Source of the DNA: Okeania sp. | GTDB taxonomy: Bacteria > Cyanobacteriota > Cyanobacteriia > Cyanobacteriales > Microcoleaceae | DNA: 10,174 nt | Reading direction: 5' to 3' | Assembly (NCBI RefSeq): GCF_035285525.1 | Contig: NZ_JAYKGW010000130.1 | Location: 1 to 10,174 of the forward strand | Shown here: positions 5,409 to 10,174 of the stretch, piece by piece | How positions within the stretch are numbered: position 1 is the first letter of the stretch | How the letters are laid out: each line of letters starts with the position of its first letter | Position numbers and translations under genes: made by a program | Notes under the pieces: model-generated | The model's input: only the letters and a program-made list of their open reading frames with translations | Databases searched by the model: none | Told to the model about the DNA's origin: nothing

Positions 5409-8400
5409 GTGGTAGCAATACATAAATCTCATACAAAATCAAGTCACCAAGTACCAGAAGCCAACAAAGGCCAAAAGTCAACGGACTTTTCCCAACGACA
5501 TATTGGCCCTACCTCTGACAAAATTCAACAAATGTTGGCCATCTTAGGTATTTCATCCCTAAATGACCTAATTGACAAAACAGTACCCGAAAAAATTCGA
5601 TACCAGCAACCCCTCAATTTGCCCAAGTCTCTGAGTGAAAGTGATGCTCTTGCGCAAATTAAAGAAATAATCTCCAAAAATCAGGTATTTCGTTCCTTTA
5701 TTGGTATGGGTTATTACGACTGTATTACCCCACCAGTTATCCTCCGCAATATTCTCGAAAATCCTGGTTGGTATACCGCTTATACTCCCTATCAAGCAGA
5801 AATAGCTCAAGGACGAATGGAAGCATTACTGAATTTCCAAACTATGATAACAGACTTAACTGGTTTGGAAATAGCTAACGCTTCCCTGCTTGATGAAGGG
5901 ACAGCAGCAGCAGAAGCAATGAGTATGACTTACGGTTTATGCAAAACTAAAGCAGAAACTTTTTTTGTTGACACTAACTGCCATCCTCAGAATATTGAAG
6001 TTGTCAAAACTCGCGCCCAACCATTGGGAATAGAAGTTATTGTCGGCGACTTCCGGACTTTTACTTTTGACAAACCAATTTTTGGCGCACTCCTCCAATA
6101 TCCTGCTACGGACGGCGCAATATATGACTACCGCGACTTTGTGGCAAGAGTTCACGAAGTCGGAGGTTTAGTAACTGTTGCTGCTGACTTACTCAGTTTA
6201 ACTTTACTAACACCTCCTGGAGAATTTGGTGCTGATGTTGCTGTGGGTAATACTCAACGTTTTGGTGTTTCTCTAGGATACGGCGGTCCCCATGCTGCTT
6301 ACTTTGCGACAAAGGAAGCTTTTAAACGCCAAACTCCAGGACGTATTATTGGGGTTTCTCAAGATGCTAATGGCAACTCAGCCTTACGGTTGGCGTTGCA
6401 AACACGGGAACAACATATTCGTCGGGAGAAGGCAACCAGTAATATTTGTACTGCTCAAGTTTTGCTAGCGGTGATGGCAAGTATGTATGCAGTTTATCAC
6501 GGTCCTGATGGTTTAAAAGAAATTGCCGAAAATATTCATAATTTAACTGTAGAGTTGGCAACAGGTTTAAAACAACTTGGTTATCAAGTTGGTGCAGAAC
6601 CATTTTTTGATACTCTTCGGATAACAGTCGATGCTGACTCTCGTCTGAAAACGGCGAAAGAAGTTATAGATGCTGCTGAAAGTGTAGGGATTAATTTGCG
6701 AACTATTGATGAGCAAACGGTTGGTATTTCTCTAGATGAAACTAAAACTGAGAAAGATGTACAAAGTCTGTGGCAAATTTTTGCTGGTGGAGAAAAGTTG
6801 CCAGATATCGAAAAAAACACTTCCCCCCTTTTAAAGGAAACCCAAAACACTCCTCCTTTTTCCAAGGAAACCCAAAACACTCCTCCTTTTTCCAAGGAAA
6901 CCCAAAACACTCCTCCTTTTTCCAAGGAAACCCAAAACACTCCCCCTTTTTCCAAGGAAACCCAAAACACTCCTCCTTTTTCCAAGGAAACCCAAAACAC
7001 TCCTCCTTTTTCCAAGGAAACCCAAAATACTCCTCCTTTTTCCAAGGAAACCCAAAATACTCCTCCTTTTTCCAAGGAAACCCAAAACACTCCCCCCCTT
7101 TCAAAGGGGGGTAAGGGGGGATTCACCCGCACCAGCAGTTATCTAACTCATCCAGTATTTAACAGTTATCATTCTGAGACCGAACTATTGCGTTACATCC
7201 ATCGTTTACAAGCAAAAGATTTGTCTTTGACAACATCAATGATACCCTTGGGTTCCTGTACAATGAAACTCAATGCAACAGCAGAAATGATACCTGTTAC
7301 CTGGCCGGAATTTGCCCAAATTCATCCTTTTGCTCCCACAGCTCAAACTCAGGGTTATCAAATAATGTTTGAGCAATTAGAGCAATGGTTAGCAGAAATC
7401 ACAGGTTATTCAGCAATTTCTCTGCAACCAAATGCAGGTTCCCAAGGAGAATATACAGGTTTATTAGTGATTCGGGAATATCATGCTCACCGTGGGGAAG
7501 CGCATCGGAATGTTTGTTTAATTCCTGATTCTGCTCACGGAACAAATCCTGCTTCAGCAGTGATGAGTGGTTTAAAAGTTGTCGTTGTTAAATGCGATAA
7601 ACAAGGAAATATAGATATGGCAGATTTGCAGAAAAAGGCAGAAAAGCACAAAGATAATTTGGCTGCCATGATGATTACTTATCCTTCTACTCACGGTGTA
7701 TTTGAGGAAGACATTGTTGACATCTGTGAAATTATCCACGGTTTTGGTGGGCAAGTTTACATGGATGGAGCAAATATGAATGCGCAAGTGGGGTTATGTC
7801 GTCCTGCGGAAATCGGTGCGGATGTTTGTCACTTGAATTTGCATAAAACTTTCTGTATTCCTCACGGTGGTGGCGGTCCGGGAATGGGTCCGATTGGGGT
7901 TAAGTCTCATTTAGCACCGTTTTTACCAGGGCATTCTGTGATTAATATTGGTGGCGAAAATTCTAGTGGAGCGGTATCTGCTGCACCTTGGGGTAGTGCG
8001 AGTATTTTGCCTATTTCTTGGATGTATATTGCCATGATGGGTCCGGATGGTTTGACTGATGCAACTAAGATCGCGATTTTGAATGCTAATTATATTGCGC
8101 AACGGTTGGATAATTATTATCCAGTTTTGTACAAAGGTAAGCATGGATTTATTGCTCACGAGTGCATTTTGGATTTGCGTCCGTTGAAAAAGTCTGCTGG
8201 TATTGAGGTAGATGATATTGCGAAACGGTTGATGGATTATGGTTTTCACGCGCCAACGGTTTCTTGGCCGGTAGCAGGTACTATTATGGTGGAACCGACA
8301 GAAAGTGAGTCTAAAGAGGAGTTAGATCGTTTTTGTGATGCCATGATTTCTATTCGTCAGGAAATAGAGGAAATTGAAACTGGTAAAGCAGATAAACAGG

Positions 8401-8603
8401 ATAATTTGTTGAAAAATGCGCCTCATACTGCTGAGAGTTTGATGGTGGATGAGTGGAAGCATAGTTATTCTCGACAACGTGCTGCTTATCCTGCTCCTTG
8501 GACGCGAGAACATAAATTTTGGCCGACTGTAGGGCGAGTTGATAATGCTTTTGGCGATCGCAACTTTGTCTGTTCTTGTTTGCCGATAGAAGCATATACT
8601 TAG
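5409..8603 (+). CDS. gcvP: Glycine dehydrogenase (aminomethyl-transferring), glycine cleavage system P protein, single-chain form with a repeat insertion
   Basis: 1064-aa ORF with GTG start (AAGGA 9-16 nt upstream). No ATG precedes the conserved N-terminal FSQRHIGP motif. Conserved blocks include [61 protein letters not shown], and the PLP-lysine motif [24 protein letters not shown] (Lys codon 7845-7847). Confidence 0.95.
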   Translation: MVAIHKSHTKSSHQVPEANKGQKSTDFSQRHIGPTSDKIQQMLAILGISSLNDLIDKTVPEKIRYQQPLNLPKSLSESDALAQIKEIISKNQVFRSFIGMGYYDCITPPVILRNILENPGWYTAYTPYQAEIAQGRMEALLNFQTMITDLTGLEIANASLLDEGTAAAEAMSMTYGLCKTKAETFFVDTNCHPQNIEVVKTRAQPLGIEVIVGDFRTFTFDKPIFGALLQYPATDGAIYDYRDFVARVHEVGGLVTVAADLLSLTLLTPPGEFGADVAVGNTQRFGVSLGYGGPHAAYFATKEAFKRQTPGRIIGVSQDANGNSALRLALQTREQHIRREKATSNICTAQVLLAVMASMYAVYHGPDGLKEIAENIHNLTVELATGLKQLGYQVGAEPFFDTLRITVDADSRLKTAKEVIDAAESVGINLRTIDEQTVGISLDETKTEKDVQSLWQIFAGGEKLPDIEKNTSPLLKETQNTPPFSKETQNTPPFSKETQNTPPFSKETQNTPPFSKETQNTPPFSKETQNTPPFSKETQNTPPFSKETQNTPPFSKETQNTPPLSKGGKGGFTRTSSYLTHPVFNSYHSETELLRYIHRLQAKDLSLTTSMIPLGSCTMKLNATAEMIPVTWPEFAQIHPFAPTAQTQGYQIMFEQLEQWLAEITGYSAISLQPNAGSQGEYTGLLVIREYHAHRGEAHRNVCLIPDSAHGTNPASAVMSGLKVVVVKCDKQGNIDMADLQKKAEKHKDNLAAMMITYPSTHGVFEEDIVDICEIIHGFGGQVYMDGANMNAQVGLCRPAEIGADVCHLNLHKTFCIPHGGGGPGMGPIGVKSHLAPFLPGHSVINIGGENSSGAVSAAPWGSASILPISWMYIAMMGPDGLTDATKIAILNANYIAQRLDNYYPVLYKGKHGFIAHECILDLRPLKKSAGIEVDDIAKRLMDYGFHAPTVSWPVAGTIMVEPTESESKEELDRFCDAMISIRQEIEEIETGKADKQDNLLKNAPHTAESLMVDEWKHSYSRQRAAYPAPWTREHKFWPTVGRVDNAFGDRNFVCSCLPIEAYT
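6811..7110 (+). repeat. In-frame 30-bp tandem repeat inside gcvP: 8 near-identical units (6841-7080) plus degenerate flanking units
   Basis: Unit CCCAAAACACTCCTCCTTTTTCCAAGGAAA was read eight times. The only differences are at 6944, 7028 and 7058. It encodes [10 protein letters not shown] x8, flanked by KNTSPLLKE and [11 protein letters not shown]. Confidence 0.95.
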
Positions 8604-8687
8604 GTAGCACAGGCATCTTGCCTGTTGCGTAGCCAAATTTTTAGGGTGCGTTAGACGGCTAAATTTTAGACTCTGAAAGAGATTTAG
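8525..8687 (+). repeat. Direct repeat copy A: the last 79 nt of gcvP plus 84 nt downstream
   Basis: It aligns by eye with 9987-10174. The coding part matches at 73 of 79 positions. The downstream part is collinear, with a few substitutions and one indel of about 24 nt. Confidence 0.9.
8607..8628 (+). terminator. Stem-loop just after the gcvP stop (possible terminator or dispersed-repeat hairpin)
   Basis: GCACAGGCA-TCT-TGCCTGTTGC, a 9-bp stem with one bulge. It is not followed directly by a T run (AAATTTTT begins about 7 nt later). The hairpin shape resembles ACAGCCT-TCT-AGGCTGT in the 46-bp repeat. Confidence 0.3.
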
Positions 8688-8765
8688 GAATTCGTGGTAA
8701 CGCACCGCTTCTGGCATAATGTACGGTTCCCGAAAAATCGGTGCGTTAGCGAAGCGTAACGCACC
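8645..8765. repeat. GGTGCGTTA / TAACGCACC inverted-repeat motifs (small dispersed-repeat type)
   Basis: GGTGCGTTA at 8645-8653 pairs with TAACGCACC at 8698-8706 (44-nt spacer). A tight hairpin GGTGCGTTA-GCGAAGCG-TAACGCACC lies at 8740-8765. The same 9-mer recurs at 9826-9834 and, as GGTGCGTT, in copy B near 10107. Confidence 0.8.
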
Positions 8766-8793
8766 CTACTACTTAATTTACTAAGAACCGGAA

Positions 8794-8822
8794 TTGTTTC
8801 AGCTAAAATATTACGTTATAAT
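8794..8822 (+). promoter_or_regulatory. Candidate sigma70-type promoter for the dioxygenase gene
   Basis: TTGTTT (8794-8799), a 17-bp spacer, then TATAAT (8817-8822), 66 nt upstream of the ATG. AGGA lies 7 nt upstream of the ATG at 8888. Such matches are common by chance in AT-rich DNA. Confidence 0.25.
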
Positions 8823-8887
8823 TGTCATTATTTTGCATAATTCTTATTTAAAATTCCGAAAGTATCAGCAATAATTAGGATATAAAT

Positions 8888-9787
8888 ATGTTGACAAATA
8901 CAAATACAAAGATAGAGATACAACCATTCTCAGAAAATGTAGGTAGAAAAATTATTAATACAGAAAATGCAAGTATTTTAGAAATCAACAAAGAAGAAGT
9001 TATTAATTTGTTTAAATCTTATGGTTTTTTACTTTTTAGAGGTTTTGAAACTGATGTTAATACTTTTGCAGAATTTAGTAATTCACTGAGTAATGGTTTT
9101 ATGGATTACACTGGAGGTGCTATAAATCGGAGAATAATCAATGAGGATGGAACTATATTAACTGTTAATGATTTTAAGGATGAAATGAAACTACATGGAG
9201 AAATGTACTATATAAAAAAACCTCCGCAGATAGTTTGGTTTTTTTGTGCTAATCCACCTTTAAAAGATGGAGAAACAACAATATGTGATGGTGAGCAATT
9301 TTTCCATGAACTTAGTAATTCAATGAAAGATTTATTGAGGAGGAAGAAATTAAAGTTTCCTGGTCGTTTAAAAAAAGAAGATTGGCAAAATAAATACAAA
9401 ACTAATGATTTGAATGTGGTTAAAGAGATATGTGAAAGTCAAGGTAGGGAGGTTCAAATTAACGAAGATGAATCAATTGATTTTAAATTTATCTGTTCGG
9501 CAATACATAAAAGTAGAACTGAACAAAAAGATGTTTTTATTAATAGTTTATTACAGGCAAAAAAGGTAAATCCCAAAAGTGTATGTTTTGATGATGATTC
9601 CGAAATAACTGATGAAATAATGTCAGAATTAAATGAAATTGCTGAAAAAATAACTATAGAAATAAACTGGCAAAAGGGGGATATTTTGATGATTGATAAT
9701 ACGAGAATTATGCACGGTAGAAGAGCTTTTTATGATGACCAACGAGATATTTATGTTCGGTTGTGTTTTCCAGCATTTCCATTTTAA
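8888..9787 (+). CDS. TauD/TfdA-family Fe(II)/2-oxoglutarate-dependent dioxygenase (orphan; substrate unknown)
   Basis: 299-aa ORF. Facial-triad-like H-x-E in MKLHGEMYY. Family block PPQIVWFFCANPPLKDGETTICDG. C-terminal block GDILMIDNTRIMHGRRAF carries the distal His and Arg. Confidence 0.75.
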   Translation: MLTNTNTKIEIQPFSENVGRKIINTENASILEINKEEVINLFKSYGFLLFRGFETDVNTFAEFSNSLSNGFMDYTGGAINRRIINEDGTILTVNDFKDEMKLHGEMYYIKKPPQIVWFFCANPPLKDGETTICDGEQFFHELSNSMKDLLRRKKLKFPGRLKKEDWQNKYKTNDLNVVKEICESQGREVQINEDESIDFKFICSAIHKSRTEQKDVFINSLLQAKKVNPKSVCFDDDSEITDEIMSELNEIAEKITIEINWQKGDILMIDNTRIMHGRRAFYDDQRDIYVRLCFPAFPF

Positions 9788-9848
9788 CCCACATTCCGCA
9801 CTTCAAAAAGATGTCTAACATTATCGGTGCGTTACGCTTACTGAACTG

Positions 9849-9876
9849 CTGATAACTAATAACTGATAACTGAAAA
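9849..9876. repeat. Heptamer tandem repeat (CTGATAA CTAATAA CTGATAA CTGAAAA)
   Basis: Read directly, downstream of the dioxygenase gene. Confidence 0.85.
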
Positions 9877-9926
9877 GGCGATATCGCTCATTTTCATATT
9901 TCCCAGAAAAAAATTTGAGTAAAGGG

Positions 9927-9954
9927 TTGACTTTTAATTTATTTTTGCTATTAT
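9927..9954 (+). promoter_or_regulatory. Candidate promoter reading rightward into the gcvP 3' relic
   Basis: TTGACT (9927-9932), a 16-bp spacer, then TATTAT (9949-9954). This is the best -35 match in the window, but no ORF follows within the window. Confidence 0.25.
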
Positions 9955-9986
9955 TATTTATAATGGAGAAGGTGCGCTCAGAGATA

Positions 9987-10065
9987 GACTGTAGGGAAAG
10001 TTGATAATGCTTTTAGCGATCGTAACTTTGTCTGTTCTTGTTTGCCGATAGAAGCTTATAGTTAG
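9987..10065 (+). pseudogene. gcvP: Relic of the gcvP 3' end (last 25 codons plus stop), detached from any gcvP body
   Basis: It translates as [25 protein letters not shown]. The genuine gcvP C-terminus at 8526-8603 is [25 protein letters not shown]. There are six nucleotide differences in 79 nt. Sequence upstream of 9987 is unrelated to gcvP. Confidence 0.85.
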
Positions 10066-10174
10066 GTAGCACAGGCATCCTGCCTGTTCCCTAGCCAAAA
10101 TTTGTAGGGTGCGTTGGCGCGCTCTTTGCGGACATAAAAAGACGGACTAAATTTAGACTATGAAAGAGATTCAG
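9987..10174 (+). repeat. Direct repeat copy B (partner of 8525-8687), running to the window end
   Basis: See copy A. Copy B carries GGCGCGCTCTTTGCGGACATAAAA after GGGTGCGTT, which copy A lacks. Confidence 0.9.

Noticed and set aside
5051-5425. 124-aa ORF upstream of gcvP with an SPHSSHSSHSPHFPH low-complexity tract
   Set aside because: It is a translation of the 9-bp tandem array and a degenerate MITE. It has no recognisable domain, and it overlaps the antitoxin start on the opposite strand and the gcvP start.
6811-7110. Intein, intron or programmed excision of the gcvP insertion
   Set aside because: There are no intein splice-junction residues or endonuclease motifs, and no intron-like structured core. 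The sequence is a simple tandem repeat that stays in frame, so read-through translation is the simplest interpretation.
6584-7132. Four additional ORFs across the gcvP repeat (6584-7132-, 6742-7104-, 6831-7085-, 6770-7114+) encoding repetitive peptides
   Set aside because: They exist only because the 30-bp unit lacks stops in every frame. They are nested inside a strongly supported gcvP frame and have no independent start or RBS context or flanking coding signal.
8604-9986. Calling the dioxygenase cassette horizontally acquired on base composition alone
   Set aside because: The gene is very AT-rich in sampled lines, but a sampled mazG line is equally AT-rich. Composition is therefore not diagnostic here, and the duplicated gcvP end is the real evidence.

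Overview
This looks like a chromosomal window from an AT-rich filamentous (Nostocales-like) cyanobacterium. That is an inference from four perfect HIP1 octamers GCGATCGC (starting at 484, 586, 4276 and 8554), from STRR-like heptamer tandem repeats at most intergenic boundaries, and from gene content. There are seven supported coding regions. They are a secreted TPR protein (-), mazG (+), a membrane-anchored alpha/beta hydrolase (-), gcvH (+), a Phd/YefM antitoxin (-), gcvP (+) and an orphan TauD/TfdA-family Fe(II)/2-oxoglutarate dioxygenase (+). I did not recognise a complete new multi-gene system. The interest lies in how small repeats and mobile elements have remodelled a housekeeping locus. 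(1) gcvP carries an in-frame minisatellite of about ten 30-bp units, roughly 100 extra residues, at the junction of its two halves. The unit has no stop codon in any of the six frames. (2) The last 79 nt of gcvP plus its downstream sequence occur twice as direct repeats. They bracket a 1.4-kb cassette holding the orphan dioxygenase, an att-like island signature with no integrase in view. (3) gcvH and gcvP are separated by 1.6 kb containing an intact antitoxin and a multiply inactivated ParE-type toxin. That toxin is split by a 103-bp MITE with a 5-bp target-site duplication. (4) Nested MITEs, a 9-bp tandem array upstream of gcvP and a 65-bp tandem array at the left edge fill the other intergenic spaces. 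All homology calls come from reading motifs by eye; no database search was possible.
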